Below, piece after piece: positions 29,195 to 38,977 of a stretch of DNA of 64,000 nt; position 1 is the first letter of the stretch; each line of letters begins with the position of its first letter. The DNA is from a virus (lineage: Duplodnaviria; Caudoviricetes). A model generated the notes under the pieces. The model did no database searches and was not told the DNA's origin. It saw only the letters and a list, made by a program, of their open reading frames with translations. The DNA is taken from positions 1,366-65,365 of the IMG/VR virus record IMGVR_UViG_3300035698_003705. One strand, 5' to 3'. Both the position numbers and the translations under genes were made by a program.

Positions 29195-31462
29195 ATGACT
29201 CCAGTACAGAAGATCACTTCCCGATACCTAGCAGCTAAAGACAAAATACCTGGTGGTTTAGCTCAAGGTAAAGACCCCTCAGATTTTGACTCTAAGGCTA
29301 TAGCTCGGGGTGTCAAAGTAGAGATGGAGCACACTACGGATAAGGCCATTGCTACTGAGATTGCTATGGATCATCTGACAGAGGATACTGATTATTATGA
29401 GAAGCTTGAAAAGATGGAGAAGCAGGCTGCTGAGTTAGACTACCCTGAGTACAAACTACTTGGTGCTATGGCCAAGGGTACAAAAGTTGGTTGGATTGAT
29501 GTGGGTTTACTAACTAGAACACTGGAATACCTGGATTGGGATGTTGAAGAAACTACTGCTCCAAAACCTCTTGATGATGTAAAAGATGAAAAGACCTTAG
29601 CTAATTGGGTGCTTAAATTTAAAGGGGATATAGGGGGTTATTCAGGAATAAAAGAGCCAGCATTCTTTCGGTTCAAAGAAAAAGAAGGGGCCGAGCAAGC
29701 CTTAAAGGATTTATCCTCTGTGGCAACCCGAGTACACACACCGCCTACACATCCTGTTTTAGGTAGCTACTTTGTAAAAGAGATAGGCCCCACATACTTG
29801 GATGAAACACGTTCCTTTCCTTCATGGATGTTCAAGACACAGATTTGGTGGCGGGGTGACTTTGCACTGTCTGTTTCAACAGGTGGTGGCCCAAAGACTT
29901 TATTTACCTTTAATACAGATAGGAAAAACAAGAGTCTGATTTCCAGACCAGCTTTTTGGACTTGGGCTTATAAAAACGGTCTGAAAGAACAGGCACAGAA
30001 TGTTTTGACTGGTATGGGGGCACACCCCACAAAGCCATCCAATAGGTCTTTAGAGAATACCGGGACATGTCCAGCTTGTTTTGCCAATGTGAAACTTTCA
30101 AGTAGGCGGGTTATGAGGCACGGTTGGTCTGTGCAAGGTGCAAGACAACGCTTCCAGTACGGCCTGACTTGGCATACAGGGCCTTGCTTTGGAACAGGTT
30201 ACTTCTCCTTTGAAGAAAGTAACAAAGGCACCACAGACTATATAGAGTACTTAGAGAAGGTGCTTCTCAAAAAACAAAAAATAGAACCGTCCACTGAGCG
30301 AGATATGCGGGGCTTGAAACTAGAGATAGAAGCTCTTGTAAGAGAGATTGCTAATCTGAAAGTGCGTTTGAAAACTTGGGTTAAAACAGGTGCGAGGCAT
30401 AACAAAGAGGACTACCACTCATACTTCACAACCTTGGAAGATGCAGTTAAAACGGCACAAACATTATCCAGAGGGAACAACTCTTCTTTATGGTTAGCAT
30501 GGTGGGACTTTTATGCCGTGGGGGGGCTTTGGGCAGACCATGTTATAGAACACCTTGAGATACCGCCGGGGGCAGCTAAGTCCGTGGAAATGGCTATTCG
30601 TTTGTTTTCTAAGCAGTACGGTCGTGGGAAAAGTCCTAAAGATATAAGTGCTTGGTTTGTAGGCAACAAGAAAAGACTCCAAATACTAGATGAGGCAAGG
30701 TCATGGCCTGAGAGGTCCGCTGAGAATGATGTTTTTCAAGAGGGACCCTTTACGGTTCACAATACAGTACAAGCTGCAGGGGCAGAACTTGATCGGGTAA
30801 AAGGCATTGTCCATTCTGCTATTAAGGCTGCAAGACATACAGGACTACAGGGTTTTGAAAAAGCTCTGTATGGCAACCTTTTTTTAGTAGGGCAGCTTAA
30901 ACGCCGCACTTATGTTGCTTGGTATGAGCCAGCAAAGGATTCTTTTTATCTTCGTGCTGGTATGCGGGGCGTCTCAACAGAAGAGTCGGTTCTGAATTTA
31001 CTTCACGAAGTGGCGCATAGGTACTGGGCTAAACAACTGGGCCAAGCAACGAAAAGGGCTTGGCGGCTTCATCACAATAGGATGCTGCAGCATAGTGGTG
31101 GTTTTCAAAAAGCAGAAGTAGGAATGGCACTGCCTTTTTCAGTCAACAATAAAAAGGTACACATTCAGGAAGTGATCCCTTATGAGATCACACTGGTAGA
31201 CGATGCTACAGGCAAGCTTGTGGGGAAAGTAACTCCAAGAAAACTATCAGATTGGTTGCGGGATGCAAATATGAAACGTCAGTTCCCAACACTTTATGCA
31301 GCAACAAGTGCGGAAGAACACTTTGCAGAAGCTGTGTCTTTCAGAGCGGTGGGAGAACTGAAAGGGGCTAACCTGACAGCTTATCAGCAAGTCTTAGAGG
31401 GAGCTGAAACATCTTCATACCGGCTGGCATCAAGATATCTTAGAAGGGAGGCTACCAAGTGA
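29195..31462 (+). CDS. Polyvalent protein: DUF5661-like N-domain, Cys/His region and zincin metallopeptidase
   Basis: GVKVEMEHT..AMDHL.E..YYEKL; GTCPAC..HG..C; HEVAH with YA and EEHFAE. Confidence 0.75.
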   Translation: MTPVQKITSRYLAAKDKIPGGLAQGKDPSDFDSKAIARGVKVEMEHTTDKAIATEIAMDHLTEDTDYYEKLEKMEKQAAELDYPEYKLLGAMAKGTKVGWIDVGLLTRTLEYLDWDVEETTAPKPLDDVKDEKTLANWVLKFKGDIGGYSGIKEPAFFRFKEKEGAEQALKDLSSVATRVHTPPTHPVLGSYFVKEIGPTYLDETRSFPSWMFKTQIWWRGDFALSVSTGGGPKTLFTFNTDRKNKSLISRPAFWTWAYKNGLKEQAQNVLTGMGAHPTKPSNRSLENTGTCPACFANVKLSSRRVMRHGWSVQGARQRFQYGLTWHTGPCFGTGYFSFEESNKGTTDYIEYLEKVLLKKQKIEPSTERDMRGLKLEIEALVREIANLKVRLKTWVKTGARHNKEDYHSYFTTLEDAVKTAQTLSRGNNSSLWLAWWDFYAVGGLWADHVIEHLEIPPGAAKSVEMAIRLFSKQYGRGKSPKDISAWFVGNKKRLQILDEARSWPERSAENDVFQEGPFTVHNTVQAAGAELDRVKGIVHSAIKAARHTGLQGFEKALYGNLFLVGQLKRRTYVAWYEPAKDSFYLRAGMRGVSTEESVLNLLHEVAHRYWAKQLGQATKRAWRLHHNRMLQHSGGFQKAEVGMALPFSVNNKKVHIQEVIPYEITLVDDATGKLVGKVTPRKLSDWLRDANMKRQFPTLYAATSAEEHFAEAVSFRAVGELKGANLTAYQQVLEGAETSSYRLASRYLRREATK

Positions 31463-34400
31463 CTTTTGAATCGCAAAAACTAGCAGCCCGTTATCTGAAT
31501 GCAGCAAAGTTAACTAATAGTAAACTTTGTGCTCGTTATCAAGACAAGAAAGTTGTTAAGACCCAAGACGGGGATGATATGACGGTCTACACATATAGTG
31601 ACCGGCAAATAGCTAAGCGGGATAAAGATAAGGCAGAACGCATTGATAAGCTCCGTGGCAGTATTAAGGACTTGCAAGGACAAGTGCGTAAAGATCTTAA
31701 ATCTAAGGATGAAAAGATCCGGCTGACAGCTTTAGCAGTAGGGCTCCTTGACGCATCCTTTGAAAGAGTGGGTAACTCAACTTCAGCTAAAGACGGACAT
31801 TTTGGCGTCACTGGATGGCAAGTAAAACACGTCCAGTTCAAGGGCGGAAAAGCTGTTATCAAATATGTAGGGAAGTCTGGAGTAGATCAAGAAAAAACTA
31901 TTGATACTGCAATCTCAGTTCAAGCCCTCAAGGATGCTGTCAAAGGCAAAAAGCCCGAGGATGAAGTTTGTGGCAGTGTTAATGCTACTGATGTGAATGC
32001 CTATCTTAAGCAGTTCAAGATAACTGCAAAGGATCTCAGAGGCTACCATGCAAACACTGAAATGCAGAAGCAACTGAAAGCAGTACGGGCTAAAGGTAAA
32101 ACACTTCTAGCGGACAAAAAAGAACAAGAGAAGCAATTAAAAGCGGAGTTTAAGCAGGCACTAGAAGCAACCGCTGAAGCAGTAGGGCACGAACCAGCAA
32201 CACTTAAATCACAGTATCTAGTCCCAGGGCTAGAGGAAGAGTACTTGAAGGGCGGGAAGGTTACGGAAAGCCTAAAGAAGAAAGCTACTAGGCCCATACA
32301 GATAGACAAGATCTTGATTGATGCTGAAGTCAGGGGCCTTATTTCAGATTTGAGACGGGAGCTGGGAAGAAGGCATTCTCAAAAAGCACCCTTGGGAAAG
32401 CTGGCCCCCAACTATTTTATTCTGCAAAAAGACATGGCTTACTTTGAGGGTGCTAAAAATGTTTTGGGGCGAGAGATGGCTGCACCTTTGTTAAGGGTGA
32501 CTAGTGTTGTTAGCAACCTACCTGATATGATTCTTTCAGGCGGTGCTGGAAAAACATCTAAGGGGCAGCCAGCTATAGTTATAAATCTAAACGGACGATA
32601 CACACCCTATCAGTTAGCAGAAGGCATTGTGTTTAAGAGTTCTGAGTTTAGGAAACTGTTTCTACATGAAATGACACACATACTAGATATATATAAAAAA
32701 GGTCCGTCTACGAAGAATGTGCCTACTGATTTAGATAGGGTAAAGTATGTGAATAACCCAAAAGAAGTCAGGGCTTATATGCAAGAGATTGTAGATAGGG
32801 CTTTGGAAGTGGCACCTAAGTTTAAGGGTCACTTCCAAAGTAAAGATTTTTTTAGACTTCTTATGAGAGTGACTCCCACTTGGGAAGAGGTTAGTTCTTT
32901 GCTAACACATAACAATAAAAAGCTGATCTTAAAGGCAGTATATAGATCCCTATCAGATGCTGACATGTTGCCGGAGAATGACACCATTAGGAGTCTGACT
33001 GCCCGGTGGTTAGAAGCCAGGACAGAACAATGGGGTTTGCCCGAAGCAGATGATTGGAAGGATGGCTTCTTCTCCCGGAACCCTAAATTACGTTTTTTAA
33101 ATGGTGTGCGTGTGGGCTTTGTAGAGGGTACCAAAACAGGTCCCGAAGCCCAGTGGGTGTCTAAGGGTGTGTTGCTGTATCCGAAGTTCTGGGACCTGCA
33201 GAAGCGTGTCCAGGACTTTGTATTTGCCCATGAACTAGGACACGGGGTATTAGAGAAATGGGGCTACACGGGTTTGATAAAGGCAGCAGACCAACTGGAT
33301 CTTGATATTTGGGATACCGCTAAACTGCCTTTTGCAGCACCTAATTTTGATGAAGCCTTCGCAGACTGTTTTGCTAGTTACTATGTAGATAAAGATGTGC
33401 AGCGACGTTACCCCGAATGGTCATCTTTGGTTGCACTCGCAAAGAAGACCATTAAACTAGGGACTAAGACACATACTCAAAAAGAAGACGCTGCCGTTGA
33501 GGGCTTGTTACATACTAGTCCACAGAAAAAACCACCAAGGCAAGACTTACACAGGAACCGTCTTGAAACTGAAGATACAGACTTGGAACCCCAGGGTGCA
33601 GAAAACGATGAGGACCTATCATTGAATTATAAACGAGTAGCCGCAGGATGGTTTAGACAGTTTCAAGCAAAGCATACAAAAACGGTAGAGCATAAGCCTG
33701 GAGAAGTGTGGCCTTCTGCAAAGGGTGGCCAGTGGGTAGCTAAGAATCCAGAGGGCGTAGCACATTCCTTTAAGGATAAACAGCGGGCTAAAGACTACGC
33801 TGAAGGCAAAGTAGACCCCGCAGGCACAGAAACCAAGCCTGTGGAAGATGCTCCTGTAGAGAAAGTAACGCCCGATGAGACAGTAGAACAGGAACAGCCA
33901 GAGTCACAGCCAGAGTCACAACCTTTAGAAGGTTGGAGATCCTATGAAAAGGAACCTAAACTATCGGTAGACAATAAAGACCGGTGGCTAAAGGAACACA
34001 CAGTGACCACACCTGGTGGCGGCTTGGTAATAGGATTGCCTCAGATAGATACAGCACAAGCAAAGAAAATTGGTGTGCCTGTTCTAAAAAATGATGTGCT
34101 CCCAAAAGTACGGGCAGCTATTGAGGGTGCTTTGGAGTCAGGTAAAGAAGTATTTTTTCTGGGTGATAGCTCAGTGCTTCCAGAAGACCTCAAAGATAAG
34201 GTCACTCAGGAAGGCTTAACAGATTCAAGTACTTCCTTAGATAACATGGACTCTCCTATCTGGGAAGACCTCTATAAAACATCCAAGGCAGATAAGGACC
34301 TTACACATGCTTCTATAGCTGCGTATCTTTTGGGGGCAGGGGAACCTGTTGAAAAGCTCCCCATGTTAGATGATAAGGCTAAGAAGCTTCTCAAGAAACG

Positions 34401-36888
34401 CTTTAGGGTGGATGTAGATAATATAACAGATGAGGACCGTCAAAACCTGCAAGCTATCACTTCCCCTGTAGATTCAGGAGCACCTTCTAACCCTGCTTCA
34501 AGGGTTGTAGATGCTATGAATAATCTGCTTGATAAAAACACGGTTCAAAGAATCCAGAAGTTAGAGGCCGCTGGGAATGTGGTTGTTGCTACACCTGGTG
34601 CACCGCACGCCTGGAGTATGAAACCTGTTTTAGAGAAAGGGTCTGCTCCGGCTAAAAAACCAGAGACTCCTACTAAACCCATTGAAGAAGAAGCACCTGT
34701 AGAAACACCTGTAGAAACACCTGTAGAAGCACCTGTAGAAACACCTGTGGCTCCTGTTAAGAAGGCTCCCAAAAAAGACACGCTGGCAAATATCAAACAG
34801 CAGTTGGATTCTTCAGGTCTAGACAAGGCTACTATCAAAACCTTAACAGCACGTCTAGGTGACTTGTCTGACAGTGCCTCACAGCAGGTTGTTGATAGCT
34901 ATAGGAGCAACCTAGCTTCTTTTAGGGGTAGGACCTTAAATGAAAGCCTTATGGAAGATGTTGCGGATGCTTCTAACAACCTACAGAAGTCAGGGGTTGC
35001 TGCAAGTGTTTTAGGAGAAGCATTGGCTGCTCATACTTTTGCATACAACACACTAGCTAATCCAGCCATTTTAATTAAAGGGACAAAACCTGAAGTACTT
35101 ACAGCAAAAGCAGCAGAACACTTTGGGGCCCTCAGTCCTCTGATTCGTCAAATGGCAATAGGAAGGATGCTGTCCCAAATAAGTGATGCTGGTTCTGAAG
35201 AGTACTCTCAACTAGCAAGAGTTCGGGACGGTTTGTTTATGGCTTCTGTTATTGCAGGAGATGATAAAGCCTATCGCAAAGTTGACGGACAGTCCTTACT
35301 ACCAGAACCATCAAAGCAACTTAAGTCTCTTGTAAAGATGCAGCTAGATAGGGGAGAAGATATAGGTGACTTAGCAAAGGCAGACTTTTATGCACCTGAA
35401 GGGCGTAATGCTCTGCGAGAGCATATGAAGACGATGCCTATAGATGATGTGGCTGAAATTTATAGTGCTGGTGATAAGGATGTTGAAAGCATTATAAAGG
35501 ATGCTTTCAATAAAGCTACAGCTCCATGGCAAAAAACTATGCTGCGGGGGTTTCTGCAAGATTCTGTGATAAACGAAATGACTGTGGTGCACAACCTGAT
35601 AGCTTCAACTTTTAAGTCAGGTACAGCATCTCCAGAAGAAGGTGCCTCAAAGACACATAAAAAAGCACTTCCTACTGATCCAGAGGAAATCACTAATCTA
35701 ATGCGACACTTGATGGACCAGTCTATAAAGTATAAAGGTGTGGCTGTTTCAGAACTACTGTCTTGTATTACAAAACCAAATAGTACAGAAGAAGGGTGTA
35801 GAGAACAGCATAGACAAGGTATATTAAAGCAACTAGATCCTATCTGGGAAATGCTTCAAAAAGAGTACGACTTAGATCCAGGTAATCCTTCTGTAGCACA
35901 GTTGCGTAAAACTTTGTTAGATAGAAACCCTGATGAGTTAGATAAACTTTTCAGGACTACAGAACAGCATAAAAAGGCGTTTATTTCAATCTTTAGTTTA
36001 TACGGAGAACATAGTAGCGAGGGGCGTTGTGTCTCGCGCGGCCTGTTTTCTGATTATTTAATGAGGAGGATTCTCATGGGATCTATGTCGAAAAAGGGTG
36101 CTAAGCAAGTTACATCCGCCCTGGATAATGTAGCTAATTTGTTTCAACAGGATTGGGAAGCCATGGGCGTACCTCAGAAGGTAGCACATGATTTTGCATA
36201 TCGTTGCGATATCCTTAGTGAGCATTTGGAAAAACGCGCGGGCAAAGTTGCCCTGACGGAAGATGACGTTGTTAAAGAAAAGGGTTTTAATCCTGACACT
36301 ATTGGCGAAGAAGTCAGTGGGCCATTGGAGCAGGATTCAGACGAAAGTTTCATGAAGGGTGAGTTCACCCAGCAGGAAAACCGAGAACTTCGGAATCGCT
36401 ATGAAGATGGTGACCTTGGTGTTGATACAAACCCTGAACCGGAAGCACCCTCAGCTGGTAAGCAGGCTTCTTTTGCAGACTATGGTATTAAGGTAGCTTC
36501 TCAGAATCTGAGCCTTGCTATTAACAAGATTAATCGTATGGCTTCTGAAGGCATCTCTCCCGTATTGGCTTCTAGTCTGCTCGGCCTTAGCCAAGCTGCT
36601 CTGGGCGTTAAGATGGGCCTCTCTACAGGTAAAACCTCAGCAGAGAAGGTTGCAGATGTTCTTGAGGCACTATCTGTGCTGAACACTGTTCCTAGTAACA
36701 AACTGGCTGAAGCCGTTATTCTAGCTACCAAGGTAGCAGACGATGACGAAGATGATGATAAGGAAGACAAGGATGATGATAAAGACGAGAAGAAGATTCC
36801 CGACTTTATCCAGGAAAAAATAGACGCCAAGGAAGAGAAGGAAGAGAAAAAAGAAAAGAACGCCCACACTTTTAAGCTTTACGCATAA
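31459..36888 (+). CDS. 1809-aa polyvalent protein: topoisomerase IB catalytic domain, two zincin domains, unknown domains and an acidic C-terminal head-like segment
   Basis: Topo IB pentad in ERVGN, GKSG, KDLR and GH..QY. Zincin motifs HEMTH..EVRAY and HELGH..EAFAD. Confidence 0.82.
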   Translation: MTFESQKLAARYLNAAKLTNSKLCARYQDKKVVKTQDGDDMTVYTYSDRQIAKRDKDKAERIDKLRGSIKDLQGQVRKDLKSKDEKIRLTALAVGLLDASFERVGNSTSAKDGHFGVTGWQVKHVQFKGGKAVIKYVGKSGVDQEKTIDTAISVQALKDAVKGKKPEDEVCGSVNATDVNAYLKQFKITAKDLRGYHANTEMQKQLKAVRAKGKTLLADKKEQEKQLKAEFKQALEATAEAVGHEPATLKSQYLVPGLEEEYLKGGKVTESLKKKATRPIQIDKILIDAEVRGLISDLRRELGRRHSQKAPLGKLAPNYFILQKDMAYFEGAKNVLGREMAAPLLRVTSVVSNLPDMILSGGAGKTSKGQPAIVINLNGRYTPYQLAEGIVFKSSEFRKLFLHEMTHILDIYKKGPSTKNVPTDLDRVKYVNNPKEVRAYMQEIVDRALEVAPKFKGHFQSKDFFRLLMRVTPTWEEVSSLLTHNNKKLILKAVYRSLSDADMLPENDTIRSLTARWLEARTEQWGLPEADDWKDGFFSRNPKLRFLNGVRVGFVEGTKTGPEAQWVSKGVLLYPKFWDLQKRVQDFVFAHELGHGVLEKWGYTGLIKAADQLDLDIWDTAKLPFAAPNFDEAFADCFASYYVDKDVQRRYPEWSSLVALAKKTIKLGTKTHTQKEDAAVEGLLHTSPQKKPPRQDLHRNRLETEDTDLEPQGAENDEDLSLNYKRVAAGWFRQFQAKHTKTVEHKPGEVWPSAKGGQWVAKNPEGVAHSFKDKQRAKDYAEGKVDPAGTETKPVEDAPVEKVTPDETVEQEQPESQPESQPLEGWRSYEKEPKLSVDNKDRWLKEHTVTTPGGGLVIGLPQIDTAQAKKIGVPVLKNDVLPKVRAAIEGALESGKEVFFLGDSSVLPEDLKDKVTQEGLTDSSTSLDNMDSPIWEDLYKTSKADKDLTHASIAAYLLGAGEPVEKLPMLDDKAKKLLKKRFRVDVDNITDEDRQNLQAITSPVDSGAPSNPASRVVDAMNNLLDKNTVQRIQKLEAAGNVVVATPGAPHAWSMKPVLEKGSAPAKKPETPTKPIEEEAPVETPVETPVEAPVETPVAPVKKAPKKDTLANIKQQLDSSGLDKATIKTLTARLGDLSDSASQQVVDSYRSNLASFRGRTLNESLMEDVADASNNLQKSGVAASVLGEALAAHTFAYNTLANPAILIKGTKPEVLTAKAAEHFGALSPLIRQMAIGRMLSQISDAGSEEYSQLARVRDGLFMASVIAGDDKAYRKVDGQSLLPEPSKQLKSLVKMQLDRGEDIGDLAKADFYAPEGRNALREHMKTMPIDDVAEIYSAGDKDVESIIKDAFNKATAPWQKTMLRGFLQDSVINEMTVVHNLIASTFKSGTASPEEGASKTHKKALPTDPEEITNLMRHLMDQSIKYKGVAVSELLSCITKPNSTEEGCREQHRQGILKQLDPIWEMLQKEYDLDPGNPSVAQLRKTLLDRNPDELDKLFRTTEQHKKAFISIFSLYGEHSSEGRCVSRGLFSDYLMRRILMGSMSKKGAKQVTSALDNVANLFQQDWEAMGVPQKVAHDFAYRCDILSEHLEKRAGKVALTEDDVVKEKGFNPDTIGEEVSGPLEQDSDESFMKGEFTQQENRELRNRYEDGDLGVDTNPEPEAPSAGKQASFADYGIKVASQNLSLAINKINRMASEGISPVLASSLLGLSQAALGVKMGLSTGKTSAEKVADVLEALSVLNTVPSNKLAEAVILATKVADDDEDDDKEDKDDDKDEKKIPDFIQEKIDAKEEKEEKKEKNAHTFKLYA
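34690..34749 (+). repeat. 12-nt tandem repeat (about 5 copies) encoding an E[AT]PV linker
   Basis: GAA(G/A)CACCTGTA units. Confidence 0.9.
36076..36888 (+). CDS. Probable nested in-frame gene (270 aa) within the polyvalent ORF
   Basis: AGGAGG at 36064-36069 precedes ATG 36076. An AT-rich promoter-like sequence lies at about 35978-36017. Confidence 0.6.
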   Translation: MGSMSKKGAKQVTSALDNVANLFQQDWEAMGVPQKVAHDFAYRCDILSEHLEKRAGKVALTEDDVVKEKGFNPDTIGEEVSGPLEQDSDESFMKGEFTQQENRELRNRYEDGDLGVDTNPEPEAPSAGKQASFADYGIKVASQNLSLAINKINRMASEGISPVLASSLLGLSQAALGVKMGLSTGKTSAEKVADVLEALSVLNTVPSNKLAEAVILATKVADDDEDDDKEDKDDDKDEKKIPDFIQEKIDAKEEKEEKKEKNAHTFKLYA

Positions 36889-36897
36889 GGCGGTCTA

Positions 36898-37503
36898 ATG
36901 GCCAAAATTAAACAAGCATACGTGGATTTTCAACAGAGAGCTACGGAGTTCTCTGTTGGAGACTCCGTATATCCATTCATGTCTGGAAACAACAACCTGA
37001 TCGGCACTGTTGTAGCTGTTTGGCCAGCTATAGGTATGGTAGATGTTGAGTGGCCCCACGGGTCCCAACGTATGCCTGTAGAGGAACTTGCTAGATATCG
37101 GAAGATTGACTTTCAGCCTCCTCAAGTAGGACATGATAATGTTCCAGGTGGGGCAGGGACGGTTTCTGTTTCTGGTGGCCCCTACAAGCCAACAAAAGAA
37201 GCAAAGACCAAGCTAGTTACTGCTTACTTGAAAAAAGCTCTTTACTGGGCTGCCCCTGATCGTAAATATCAGGCTTCGCAGGATGAGCTTAGTCAAGGAC
37301 AGTTTTTGTGCCCCCGTTGTAAGGAGGCCGAACTTAGGACAGCTTCTTATAAAAGAGAAGGTGGTACAAGTGAACGCTTACTTGCGTGTCCTGCTTGTCT
37401 GTTTCTGATTCGTCAGTGTGATGTCAAAGGACACCCTGAATATGAGGACACTCAAGTCAAAATGCCTTTCACTAGGATTCGTTTGGTTGGGGAAGATAAT
37501 TAA
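36898..37503 (+). CDS. Hypothetical head-module protein (SH3-like domain plus zinc ribbon)
   Basis: FSVGDSV..GTVV..VDVEW and CPRC..CPAC. Confidence 0.75.
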   Translation: MAKIKQAYVDFQQRATEFSVGDSVYPFMSGNNNLIGTVVAVWPAIGMVDVEWPHGSQRMPVEELARYRKIDFQPPQVGHDNVPGGAGTVSVSGGPYKPTKEAKTKLVTAYLKKALYWAAPDRKYQASQDELSQGQFLCPRCKEAELRTASYKREGGTSERLLACPACLFLIRQCDVKGHPEYEDTQVKMPFTRIRLVGEDN

Positions 37504-38975
37504 TGGCAATGCTTAAAACAGCCCGTGCACGTGTTGTACACCCGCACATTAAACCGTCGCAGTGGAATAGAGTTAAGACCGCTTCTAAGTCAACTTCTAA
37601 GACTGCTTCAGCGGTGAATGCTGATTTGACGGCTAAGGCAACAGAACTGTTGGGTGAAGCTTTTGATCCTGATAAATATTTGTTGTCCCACTGCACGATA
37701 GTGGCCTCTGTGGACACATATACTCCAGAAGGTACTAAGACAGGTACGCTTGTTGAAAGTGGTAAAAAGATTTACCGTAAATTTTCAGATTTTAGAATCA
37801 CACCTGAAACAGCATCTTTTATAAATCATAACTTTGATAGCTGGTCACGTGATGTTATTCTAAAGTCATATAAAACCTTCATTGGTGGTCAGAATTATAC
37901 TGAACACGTTCAGTTGGAGAATCTTTCAAAGGGTCGTATTATAGATGCTGTTGTTCGTGACGTAGGCTCATCACTATATGTTGACATTCTTGTTGCAACT
38001 AACAGAGAGCATACTGAACTTGTTAAGGCTATTGAATCAGGTAAGATGGGTACATTATCAATGGGCTGTAGTATCCTGGGATCTAGTTGTACAAAATGTG
38101 GTAATTGGGCTCCTGATGAAACAGAAATGTGTGAACATGTAAAATATGAGAAGGGCAACACCTTTTTTGATAGTAATGGTGTACAGCATGTTGTAGCTGA
38201 GACTTGTGGCCATAGTTCCATTGAAGGTGGCGGCGTTACATTTATAGAAGCTTCATGGGTAGAGACACCTGCTTTTACAGGGGCCGTGCTCAGGAACATA
38301 CTGGAACCTACGGAACAGATGGCTGTTCAGGCACAGAAGATTCTTAGCACACCACCTACTCAATGGGCAGAAGACTCCCAGTTAAAAGCAGCTTCTACAA
38401 AGTTAGCTGAATTAGCAGAAGATGAGTGGATGGGTCAGGAACCTGACGCTACTGAGGAAGCACCCATAGAAGAAGAGGCTGGTCCTGATACAGAAGAAGC
38501 ACCAGTAGAAGATACTTCCCTGTTGCAAGACGTGGAAGATGATGCTGCCCTAATAGTAAAGAATAGAATACGAGACAAACTGAAAAAAGAGCTGGGTTTT
38601 GAAACTCCCGGCCATGGTGTGTCAGAACTACAGAACGATAATCTTAATCAGGTTGCTGCTCTGAGAGTATATAACGCCAGCTTAGATACTTTGACTAGAA
38701 CAGCATCTTCGGACGCTGCTTTAATAAATGGAATTGCACACCTCAATAATAGTTTGGGCGTGAATGTTCCTATGGCTCTTTATAGAGCAGCTTTGAAAAT
38801 AGGTGACCCTGCAGACCACGGTACAGTATTAAAGTACAAGAAGGCTTGTAAGCAAGCTTTACTGCGGGAACCTAATAATGTGGAAGCAAAGATGTTGTTG
38901 CATCTTGCGTATATACTCCATCAGAGAGGGTCTTTGATGGACAAGCCTGGCAGTTTTGCCAAAAAAGGAGATTAG
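37503..38975 (+). CDS. Prohead (capsid maturation) protease
   Basis: EH..KGRIIDA, LSMGC with a Zn-ribbon insert, and EASWVETPA. HK97/herpes-type fold, upstream of scaffold and capsid genes. Confidence 0.8.
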   Translation: MAMLKTARARVVHPHIKPSQWNRVKTASKSTSKTASAVNADLTAKATELLGEAFDPDKYLLSHCTIVASVDTYTPEGTKTGTLVESGKKIYRKFSDFRITPETASFINHNFDSWSRDVILKSYKTFIGGQNYTEHVQLENLSKGRIIDAVVRDVGSSLYVDILVATNREHTELVKAIESGKMGTLSMGCSILGSSCTKCGNWAPDETEMCEHVKYEKGNTFFDSNGVQHVVAETCGHSSIEGGGVTFIEASWVETPAFTGAVLRNILEPTEQMAVQAQKILSTPPTQWAEDSQLKAASTKLAELAEDEWMGQEPDATEEAPIEEEAGPDTEEAPVEDTSLLQDVEDDAALIVKNRIRDKLKKELGFETPGHGVSELQNDNLNQVAALRVYNASLDTLTRTASSDAALINGIAHLNNSLGVNVPMALYRAALKIGDPADHGTVLKYKKACKQALLREPNNVEAKMLLHLAYILHQRGSLMDKPGSFAKKGD

Positions 38976-38977
38976 CC

